DNA of 54,328 bases from Candidatus Aminicenantes bacterium (GTDB lineage: Bacteria > Acidobacteriota > Aminicenantia > Aminicenantales > Aminicenantaceae), in the NCBI GenBank assembly GCA_046538375.1, contig JBKHJA010000003.1:1-54328 (forward strand), written 5' to 3'. Positions 17,854 through 25,968 of the stretch are shown piece by piece. A program made the position numbers and the translations under genes. Numbering within the stretch: the first letter of the stretch is position 1; each line of letters starts with the position of its first letter. Under the pieces are notes generated by a model that was not told the origin of the DNA, made no database searches, and saw nothing but the letters and a program-made list of their open reading frames with translations.

Positions 17854-20496
17854 ATGAAAAGACAACGTATTCTGGAAAAGGCCTATGATCCTAAACCGGT
17901 GGAGGGGAAGTGGTCCAAATTTTGGATTGATCAAGGGCTGTTTGTGGCTGAAGCGCCTTCGCCCAGAGAAAAATTTTCCATGGTTCTTCCCCCTCCTAAT
18001 GTGACAGGGTCCCTGCATATGGGACACGCCCTTTGCTTTACCCTCCCTGATATCATTGTTCGCTGGAGGCGGATGCAGGGATACAATGTTCTTTGGCTGC
18101 CAGGAACAGATCATGCCAGTATTGCTGTCCACAATGTGATGGAACAAAAGTTAGCACAGAGAGGACAGACCAGAGAGGAAATAGGAAGAGAGGAGTTTCT
18201 CAAAATGGCATGGGAATGGAAAGAAGAGTACGGAGGGATCATCACTCGTCAGTTGAAAAGGCTGGGAGCTTCACTGGATTGGACTAGAGAAAGGTTCACC
18301 ATGGATGAAAAATTTTCTCAAGCCGTCAGGAAAGTGTTTGTGGACCTTTACCATGAAGGGCTTATCTACAGAGATTATTATCTGGTTAATCGCTGTCCCC
18401 ACTGTGGAACAGTGCTTTCAGATATAGAGATTGAGCACAAAGAACGAAAAACCAGGCTTTATTACATAAAGTATCCCCTTTTGGACAGTAAAGAACACAT
18501 TGTGGTGGCCACCACCCGGCCCGAAACCATGTTAGGAGATACTGCAGTGGCTGTTCATCCCCATGATAAGCGGTACAAGAAGTTTCATGGGAAGAGATTT
18601 CTGCTGCCAATAGTGGAAAGAATTATCCCTGTTATCACAGACCAGAAGGTGGATATGGAATTTGGGACAGGGGCAGTGAAGGTGACTCCTGCCCATGATC
18701 CAGTGGATTTCCAGTTGGGGAAAGAGCATAATCTTCCGCAGGTGATTGTTATCGATGGCTCCGGTAAGATGACAGAAGAGGCGGGGGAAGAGTTCAAAGG
18801 TTTAGACAGGTTCGAGTGCCGCCAGAAAGTCCTCTCCCAGCTTGAAAAGAAGGGACTGCTGGTGAAAACAGAAGAGTACCAACATGCTGTGGGGCACTGT
18901 TACCGTTGTAAAACCATCATTGAGCCTTATCTTTCCTGGCAGTGGTTTGTTAAAATCAAGCCTTTGGCTGAAGAGGCCATCAAAGTGGTGGAAGAAGGGA
19001 AAATTCAGTTCGTGCCCCCTAATTGGGCTAAGACCTATTTCGAGTGGATGTACAATATCCACGACTGGTGCATTTCCCGTCAACTCTGGTGGGGGCACAG
19101 GATCCCTGCCTGGTATTGCCGGGATTGTTCTCAATTGATGGTGGCTATGGTAAAGCCAGAGAAATGCCAAAAATGCCAGAGCAGAAACCTCATCCAGGAC
19201 CAGGATGTTCTGGATACATGGTTTAGCTCTGCGCTGTGGCCTTTTGCCACCATGGGGTGGCCGGAGCAGACTGAAGATTTGAAAACTTTCTACCCCACTG
19301 ATCTGATGGCCACAGGATTTGATATCATCTTTTTCTGGGTGGCCCGGATGATCATGATGGGCCTCAAGTTTACGGGAGACATCCCCTTCCGTCATGTTTT
19401 CATCAACGGGCTGGTGAGGGATTTTAAAAGGAGAAAAATGAGTAAGTCAGAGGGGAATATTATCGATCCTCTGGAAATGATGGATAAATACGGCACAGAT
19501 GCCCTTAGGTTTACCCTGGCAGCTCTGGCCATTCCCGGCATGGATATTTCCCTTTCTGAGGAAAGAATGGCCGGCTATAGTGCCTTTGCCAACAAGATCT
19601 GGAATGCTTCCCGCTTTGTGCTGATGAACTTGGATGAGCAGCTCATGGAGATAAATGAGGAAGAAATGACTCTGGCTGACAGATGGATTCGAAGCAGATT
19701 GGCCAAAATCAGCCAACAGCTTAACCAGGCCTTGGAAGAATACAAGTTCTACGAGGCAGCAGACAGGATTTATCATTTTATCTGGCATGAATTCTGTGAC
19801 TGGTATATCGAGTTGGTGAAGCCTGCCCTGACAAAGGGAAATAAAACAAGCCAGGCTGTCCTGGTGGAAGGTTTAGACCAGATAATGAGACTGCTTCATC
19901 CTTTCATGCCCTTTATCACCGAAGAAATCTGGCAGCATCTTCCTTCCACTGGAAAGTCACTGGCCGGGGCTTCATTTCCTGTGGGCCAGGATGATCGCAT
20001 AGACGAGCAGGCAGAGAAGGCCATGAAGCGCCTTCAGGAAGTTATCGTGGGAGTAAGAACCATTAGGGCTGAAAACAGGATTACTCCTAAAAAGAAAATA
20101 GGGCTTTGGCTGAAAACAAAAAAGGAAGAGGATAGAAATCTCATCCAGGACTACCAGATATACGTCCAGAGTCTGGCCGGTGTTGGAGGTGTTCAGGTTT
20201 GGGATGAGTTTCCGACGGAAAAGAGGCTTTTGAAAGGCGTGGCCGGATTATGGGAAATTGCCATCCCTCTTAAAGAAGATATGTTCGATTTAGAGCAGGA
20301 GAAAAAGAGAGTGGAGAAGGAGCTGGCTAAGGCCGAGGAAGAAATCAGGAAAATAGAAAACAGAGTCCAGAATACACGGTTTCTCAAACAAGCTCCTCCA
20401 GCAGTCATCCGCAGGAACCAGGACAGATTGAATCACCTTCAGAGAAAAAAGGGAAAACTGCAGGAAAGCCTGGACCACATTCTCTCTCTTCAATAA
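17854..20496 (+). CDS. valS: Valine--tRNA ligase
   Basis: PPNVTGSLHMGH, TTRPET, DWCISRQLWWGH, KMSKS, C-terminal coiled coil; alternative GTG start 17842. Confidence 0.98.
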   Translation: MKRQRILEKAYDPKPVEGKWSKFWIDQGLFVAEAPSPREKFSMVLPPPNVTGSLHMGHALCFTLPDIIVRWRRMQGYNVLWLPGTDHASIAVHNVMEQKLAQRGQTREEIGREEFLKMAWEWKEEYGGIITRQLKRLGASLDWTRERFTMDEKFSQAVRKVFVDLYHEGLIYRDYYLVNRCPHCGTVLSDIEIEHKERKTRLYYIKYPLLDSKEHIVVATTRPETMLGDTAVAVHPHDKRYKKFHGKRFLLPIVERIIPVITDQKVDMEFGTGAVKVTPAHDPVDFQLGKEHNLPQVIVIDGSGKMTEEAGEEFKGLDRFECRQKVLSQLEKKGLLVKTEEYQHAVGHCYRCKTIIEPYLSWQWFVKIKPLAEEAIKVVEEGKIQFVPPNWAKTYFEWMYNIHDWCISRQLWWGHRIPAWYCRDCSQLMVAMVKPEKCQKCQSRNLIQDQDVLDTWFSSALWPFATMGWPEQTEDLKTFYPTDLMATGFDIIFFWVARMIMMGLKFTGDIPFRHVFINGLVRDFKRRKMSKSEGNIIDPLEMMDKYGTDALRFTLAALAIPGMDISLSEERMAGYSAFANKIWNASRFVLMNLDEQLMEINEEEMTLADRWIRSRLAKISQQLNQALEEYKFYEAADRIYHFIWHEFCDWYIELVKPALTKGNKTSQAVLVEGLDQIMRLLHPFMPFITEEIWQHLPSTGKSLAGASFPVGQDDRIDEQAEKAMKRLQEVIVGVRTIRAENRITPKKKIGLWLKTKKEEDRNLIQDYQIYVQSLAGVGGVQVWDEFPTEKRLLKGVAGLWEIAIPLKEDMFDLEQEKKRVEKELAKAEEEIRKIENRVQNTRFLKQAPPAVIRRNQDRLNHLQRKKGKLQESLDHILSLQ

Positions 20497-20536
20497 AAGA
20501 AGCGAAGGGATATTCTTTTCATTTTTTCTGGGTAAA

Positions 20537-21286
20537 GTGATGGAGATCGGGAAAAAAATTCGATGGGTACGGAGCTGTCTTTCTACCAATGATCTGGCCA
20601 AAAAAATGGCCAGGACAGGCGAAGAAGAAGGAACGGTGGTGGTGGCAGAGGAGCAGACTGAAGGAAGAGGAACGCGGGGAAGAAAGTGGTACTCACCAAA
20701 AAACAAAGGACTTTACACTTCAGTGATTCTCCGCCCTCCCACCCCTTCTGTATCGCTTCTTCCTGTAGTGGGGGGTTTGGCAGTGAAGGACGCGGTTTTC
20801 CATGCCCTGGGAGTGAGGCTCTGTTTAAAATGGCCAAACGACCTGATCGGGGAAGGCAGGAAGGTGGGGGGAATCCTGTGTGAGAGTGGATTTTTAGGAA
20901 ATCGCCTCCATTATGTTATCATGGGCATAGGACTGAACCTCAGTCATGAAAAAAAGGATTTTCCTCCAGAAATTCGCGGTCAGGCCATTTCTTTAAAGCT
21001 TATAAAGAAAGAGCCTATAAGGATGGATGAAATTCTTCCCAGCCTGTGGACTTCCCTGGAGCACTGGTACAGTCTTTTTCTAAAAGGAGAAGAAAAGAAA
21101 GTCATCAAGGCTTTCCAGGCCGGCTCAGTCCTGCCTCTGCACAGAAGAATAACTGTGCTTACCGACCAAGGGATATTTCGAGGTGTATTTCAAGGGATCG
21201 ACACTTCGGGGAATCTGATCCTGGAGGAAAACGGGAAGAAATTAAAGTTCTTTTCTGCTCAGATAGAAACCATCGAAAGTGCGTAA
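20537..21286 (+). CDS. birA: Biotin--acetyl-CoA-carboxylase ligase (no HTH)
   Basis: STND, QTEGRGTRGRKWYSP, KWPND, KVGGILCE. Confidence 0.93.
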   Translation: MMEIGKKIRWVRSCLSTNDLAKKMARTGEEEGTVVVAEEQTEGRGTRGRKWYSPKNKGLYTSVILRPPTPSVSLLPVVGGLAVKDAVFHALGVRLCLKWPNDLIGEGRKVGGILCESGFLGNRLHYVIMGIGLNLSHEKKDFPPEIRGQAISLKLIKKEPIRMDEILPSLWTSLEHWYSLFLKGEEKKVIKAFQAGSVLPLHRRITVLTDQGIFRGVFQGIDTSGNLILEENGKKLKFFSAQIETIESA

Positions 21287-21298
21287 AGGAGGGAGGGG

Positions 21299-22087
21299 AT
21301 GCTTTTAGCTGCGGATATAGGAAATACCAATATCGTTATCGGTATTTTTAGAGGCCGGAGTTTGATCAAGAGCTGGAAGATCAGAACGGAAAGAGAAAAA
21401 ACATGCGATGAATACGGAATCACCCTGTTGAACCTCTTTTCCTCAGCAGATTTAAAAAAACAAGAAATAAGATCTGTTATTTTCTCCAGCGTGGTTCCCC
21501 CGCTGACACCCGTTTTTCAACAGCTGTCCAGGGATCTGTTTGGAGTGAAGGCATTGGTGGTGGGCCCGGGATTGAAGACCGGAATGCCCATCCTCTACGA
21601 GAATCCTCTGGAAGTGGGTGCAGATCGGGTGGTGGCAGCAGTGGCTGCCTTTGCCAAATACGGAGGACCAGCCATCGTGGTTGATTTTGGAACAGCCACC
21701 ACCTTTGATGCTGTTTCGGAAAAAGGAGAATATTTGGGAGGAGCTATTGCTCCGGGAATTCAGATTGCAGCGGAGGCGCTTTATCTCAAGACAGCGAAAC
21801 TGCCTCGTATTGAGATAAGAAAGCCCCAGAAAGCCATCGGCCGAACCACAGTGAGCAGCATGCAGTCGGGTCTTTATTATGGTTATATTGGTCTTATTTC
21901 TCGTATCATAGAAGAGATGAGGAAGGAACTGGGAGAGAAGACCAAGGTCATCTCTACGGGAGGATTCGCAGCCGTGATCAGCCGGGATATTCAGTCTATT
22001 CAATTTGGTGAGCCCTATCTTGTGCTGGAAGGCCTCAGGATCATTTTTGACAGGAACCGGGAACAAGAAACTTCACAAGCGAGGTGA
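21299..22087 (+). CDS. coaX: Type III pantothenate kinase
   Basis: DIGNTN, GADR, VDFGTATT, GGAIAPG, TGG. Confidence 0.96.
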   Translation: MLLAADIGNTNIVIGIFRGRSLIKSWKIRTEREKTCDEYGITLLNLFSSADLKKQEIRSVIFSSVVPPLTPVFQQLSRDLFGVKALVVGPGLKTGMPILYENPLEVGADRVVAAVAAFAKYGGPAIVVDFGTATTFDAVSEKGEYLGGAIAPGIQIAAEALYLKTAKLPRIEIRKPQKAIGRTTVSSMQSGLYYGYIGLISRIIEEMRKELGEKTKVISTGGFAAVISRDIQSIQFGEPYLVLEGLRIIFDRNREQETSQAR

Positions 22088-22155
22088 GTGAATATCTTTG
22101 CCCTGGATTCACTTGCTGCTCCAGAGTGAAATCAGTCAGTAAAGCTAGGGAATAA

Positions 22156-22800
22156 GTGGACGAAAAAAAAATCGGAAAAAGAAATCGGTATTTTCAGACT
22201 GTTACCCGACATTTTATCAAACAGAGGGGAACGCCTTTTTTTCTTTCATCTCAGGAGCTTGATCTCATAGACCGTTGGGAAAAAAAGGGCATTCCCCTGC
22301 GAGTGGTCTTGGAGGGGATAAAACGATCGTTTGAAGATTCCAGAACCAAAAGGAGAAAAAGGGAAAAAATCTTTTCTCTTTTGTACTGCGATTTTCAGGT
22401 GTTAAAAGCTTTTGGGCAGTACAAAGAAAGAAGAGTGGGGAAAAGAGGCTTGATTTTCGAAGGAGAGGAAAAAAGGAAGAAAGCGAGGGCAGAAGTGGTG
22501 AGATTTTTAAGGAGACTTCCCTCTCCAGTAGGCTTTCTTGGAGACCTCTATTCTGAAGCCCAAGAGATGCTTTCCAAAAGGGAATGGGAAGAGGAAGAGT
22601 TAGAACAGCTGGAAGAGAGGATTGAGGAGCTTCTGTGGGAAGACGCTCCGCAGGAAATGAAAGAAAAAGTCAGAAAAGAAGTGATGAAGGAATATGAATA
22701 CCGGGATGAATATGAATTGGATTCCATGTTAAAGATAAGACTGGTGAAGTTTATGAGAGAGAGATACAAAATTCCCCATATTTCTCTGTTTTATTATTGA
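22156..22800 (+). CDS. Conserved-looking hypothetical protein (DnaD-like N-terminal helix pattern)
   Basis: Uninterrupted 214-aa ORF in operon orientation; LSSQELDLIDRWEKKGIPLRVVLEGI; stop overlaps rnr start. Confidence 0.7.
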   Translation: MDEKKIGKRNRYFQTVTRHFIKQRGTPFFLSSQELDLIDRWEKKGIPLRVVLEGIKRSFEDSRTKRRKREKIFSLLYCDFQVLKAFGQYKERRVGKRGLIFEGEEKRKKARAEVVRFLRRLPSPVGFLGDLYSEAQEMLSKREWEEEELEQLEERIEELLWEDAPQEMKEKVRKEVMKEYEYRDEYELDSMLKIRLVKFMRERYKIPHISLFYY

Positions 22801-24878
22801 GTCAAAGGATGGTTGACCGCATCATTTCTCTGTTGAAGAGGAAAAAAGGGGGGATGAGTTTTCAAAAATTAGCCAGTCAACTTCGTCTGTCTCCTCCACA
22901 AAAACAACGGTTAAAGAAGACCCTGCGGGAATTGGAGAGCCAGGGGATTGTTTTCAGGGTAAAACGCAGGTATTTTGTTCCCGCCTCTCCTCATCTGATA
23001 ACAGGGAGATTTATCCGTTCCCGGAAAGAATACGGATTTGTGGCTGTCCAGAAGAAACCGGGGGAGGACATTTTTATTCCCCCCGGCCGTTCCGGAGGAG
23101 CCATGCACGGGGATACGGTGGAAGTTCTTTATAAGAGGAGGGGTAAAAAAGGGAAGCCGGAGGGAAGGATTCTGCGGGTCCTGGAAAAAGGAAAAGAGAG
23201 GGTGATCGGCCAGTACCGGGAATACGGAGGGCAGCCCTATTTTCTCCCCCTGGATGCTCCCTTTTCTGAGGAACTGCCGGTGGTGGTGAGCAGGGAATTT
23301 TCCCCTGTTCCAGGCATGTTGGTGGAGGTGGAGAGAAAGACCATGGGTTTGACAGATATTCTGGGAATGCCGGATGAACCAGGGGTGGATACAGAAGCGG
23401 TCATGCGCAAATATGGATTACGGTCATCCTTTTCCCCTCAGTCACTCCAAGAAGCCCAGAGTATTCCTTTTCCTGTTTCCGAGCAGGCCAAAGAGGGAAG
23501 AGTGGATCATAGAAGTTGGCTCACTGTGACTATTGACGGCGAGGAGGCTCAGGATTTTGACGATGCGGTGAGTGTGAGGAAGCTCGGAAACGGCGGATTT
23601 TTGCTGGGAGTTCATATTGCTGATGTTTCCCATTATGTCCAGCCCGGAACCCACCTTGATGAGGAGGCTTTGGAGCGAGGGACCAGTGTTTACTTTCCAG
23701 ATCGGACGCTGGCCATGCTGCCCGAGAGGCTGTCTAATAAACTGTGCAGCCTAAGACCGGCGGAGGACAAGCTTGCTTTTTCAGTGATCCTGAAAATAGA
23801 CCCTGAAGGAAATGTGGTGGACAGAGTATTCCAGCCCTCTTTGATCAGGACCGAAGCAAGGATGACCTACCGGTCTGTTTATAAAATTTTTTTAGGGGAG
23901 GAAGAAGAGAGAGCCAGATTTTCAAAACTTGTCCCGGATTTGATGATAATGAGAGATCTGGCACGGCTTTTGAAAAGGAAAAGAAAGGAGGAGGGAAGCC
24001 TGGATTTCGACATCACGGAGCCGGAGCTCATCTACAGAGAGGGAAATATCGTTTCTGTTCTCCCCTTGCAGCGGAACGAGGCTCATCAGGTTATTGAAGA
24101 GTTCATGGTCGCTTCCAATGAGGCGGTAGCTTCCTATCTTGCTGAGAAAAGAGTCCCCCTTCTTTACAGGATCCATCCCCAACCAAGAGAAAGGGATTTG
24201 GCGAAGCTTCGCAAAATATTGCCTCACTTCGGCGTTTATCTGCCCGAAAAGAAAAAGATAGAATCCAAAGATATCCAGCATGCGGTGGAACAGGCTGAAG
24301 GCAAACCTTATGAAAAGTTTGTTAACCTTCAGATTCTCAAAAGCCTCAGCCTGGCTGTCTATTCGGAGGAGAATAAAGGTCATTTCGGTCTGGCCAAAAA
24401 GATATACACTCATTTCACCTCTCCCATCCGGCGCTATCCTGATTTGGTGGTTCACCGCATCCTGAAACAGGTCCTGAAACAGGAAAAGCCACCATGGTCC
24501 TCTCTTTCTTCTGTAGCCCACCGATGTTCTGAACAGGAGCAGAGGGCAGATGAGGCAGAAAGGGAGCTTTTGGAATGGAAAATCTATCAGTTTCTCAAAC
24601 AAAAGCTGGGAGAGGAGATGGAAGGCACGGTCATTGATATTTCTAAGGCAGGTTTGGAGGTGGAGTTGGATGATTATTTAGTGAGCGGAACAGTCTTTTT
24701 TTCTGATTTGGCAGATGATCATTATGTGAAGAGGTCAGAAAAGACTGTGGTGGGAAGAAGAACGGGAAGGAAATTGGAAATGGGAGACAGGATAAAAGGG
24801 ATTTTGGCTTCAGTTGATCCTGTCTTCAGGAGATTGACCCTGACTTTGACTTCGCATAAGGGAGGAAGACGCAGGTGA
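22797..24878 (+). CDS. rnr: Ribonuclease R
   Basis: N-terminal wHTH, cold-shock domains, TIDGEEAQDFDDA, HFTSPIRRYPDL, C-terminal S1. Confidence 0.95.
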   Translation: MSQRMVDRIISLLKRKKGGMSFQKLASQLRLSPPQKQRLKKTLRELESQGIVFRVKRRYFVPASPHLITGRFIRSRKEYGFVAVQKKPGEDIFIPPGRSGGAMHGDTVEVLYKRRGKKGKPEGRILRVLEKGKERVIGQYREYGGQPYFLPLDAPFSEELPVVVSREFSPVPGMLVEVERKTMGLTDILGMPDEPGVDTEAVMRKYGLRSSFSPQSLQEAQSIPFPVSEQAKEGRVDHRSWLTVTIDGEEAQDFDDAVSVRKLGNGGFLLGVHIADVSHYVQPGTHLDEEALERGTSVYFPDRTLAMLPERLSNKLCSLRPAEDKLAFSVILKIDPEGNVVDRVFQPSLIRTEARMTYRSVYKIFLGEEEERARFSKLVPDLMIMRDLARLLKRKRKEEGSLDFDITEPELIYREGNIVSVLPLQRNEAHQVIEEFMVASNEAVASYLAEKRVPLLYRIHPQPRERDLAKLRKILPHFGVYLPEKKKIESKDIQHAVEQAEGKPYEKFVNLQILKSLSLAVYSEENKGHFGLAKKIYTHFTSPIRRYPDLVVHRILKQVLKQEKPPWSSLSSVAHRCSEQEQRADEAERELLEWKIYQFLKQKLGEEMEGTVIDISKAGLEVELDDYLVSGTVFFSDLADDHYVKRSEKTVVGRRTGRKLEMGDRIKGILASVDPVFRRLTLTLTSHKGGRRR

Positions 24879-25960
24879 TGACTTCCTGTTTCGACGCTGT
24901 GGTTGACTTCTCTCCTCAGCAGGAGAAAAAGTCATTCCAGGCCTTGATGGTGGTCAAAAATACAAGGATGCCTTGTTCTCTTTCTTTTTATCCTCAGGTT
25001 CAAAAGGGAAACCAGCCTGACTTTTTTATCCGTGTCCATACCCGCAATCTTCTGAACTTAAAATGGGATGATAGATTCGAAGTCAGAAAGTCCAGAAAGA
25101 ATGAATCCATGGGGCAAGGGAGAGTGCTTAATCCCGATTCAGGAAAAGTCACACCTAAGAAAATCAATAAAAGAATAGCTTATCTCCAGAAACTCAACGG
25201 AAATGAGAAAGAGATGCTGCTGGCCCTTCTCCAGCATACGGGGACAAGAGGGTTAAAAGAAAGAGAGATAGCCGAATTTTCTCCTTTGAGCAAACAGAAA
25301 GCCCTCCGTCTCAGCCAGGAGCTGGAGCAGGAGGGAAGAGTGAGAATTCTCTCTTTTTCTCCTCTTTTTCTTCTTTCCAGAGAAAGCCTTGATTTCCTGG
25401 GTGAGAAAATTCTTGCCGGCCTTTCCCGTTTTCATGAGAAACATCCTGGGGAAGAAGGGATGGCTTTGGAAAGGATAAAAAGAGGATTCAGATTGGACCA
25501 TAAGATTCTCTCTCTCGCCATTAACCGTCTGCTCAGGGAGGATAAAATTAAGAAAGTCCATGGAAGGATATCTCTGGGTGGTTTCAGAAGGGATCTGTTT
25601 CCTGAAGAGGAAAAAATTTTGCAGAAACTGGAAATGATGTGCTACCAGGGAGAATTCCGTTCTGTTTCATTTGACCAGTTGTGCCAGAAGTTTCATCTTT
25701 CCCCTCAGAGATTGGACATGCTGCTTTCTTTTTTAATGGAGAGAAGGAAAATAGTCCAGGGAAAAAATGGTTTTATTATTCATTCCCGATGGTTGGATGA
25801 AATCATTTCCAGGATCCGCTCAACCGGGAAAAAAGAAATCTCTGTTTCCGATTTTAAAAAAATGACTGGCCTCAGCCGTAAATATGCGATTCCTCTGCTG
25901 GAATTGTTGGATCAGATGGGAGTGACCCGCAGAAGAGGGGCGGGGAGGGAAATTTTATGA
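24875..25960 (+). CDS. SelB-like protein comprising only domain III and the winged-helix (SECIS-binding) domains
   Basis: DRFEVR...GQGRVLNP (domain III end), FHEKHPGEEGM, C-terminal SDFKKMTGLSRKYAIPLLELLD..GVTRR; no P-loop. Confidence 0.8.
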   Translation: MMTSCFDAVVDFSPQQEKKSFQALMVVKNTRMPCSLSFYPQVQKGNQPDFFIRVHTRNLLNLKWDDRFEVRKSRKNESMGQGRVLNPDSGKVTPKKINKRIAYLQKLNGNEKEMLLALLQHTGTRGLKEREIAEFSPLSKQKALRLSQELEQEGRVRILSFSPLFLLSRESLDFLGEKILAGLSRFHEKHPGEEGMALERIKRGFRLDHKILSLAINRLLREDKIKKVHGRISLGGFRRDLFPEEEKILQKLEMMCYQGEFRSVSFDQLCQKFHLSPQRLDMLLSFLMERRKIVQGKNGFIIHSRWLDEIISRIRSTGKKEISVSDFKKMTGLSRKYAIPLLELLDQMGVTRRRGAGREIL

Positions 25961-25968
25961 GGATTTTA

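Noticed and set aside
24876-24881. UGA read-through (Sec) fusing RNase R to the SelB-like ORF
   Set aside because: The rnr frame has two tandem TGA codons, and the SelB-like ORF is in a different frame with its own SD
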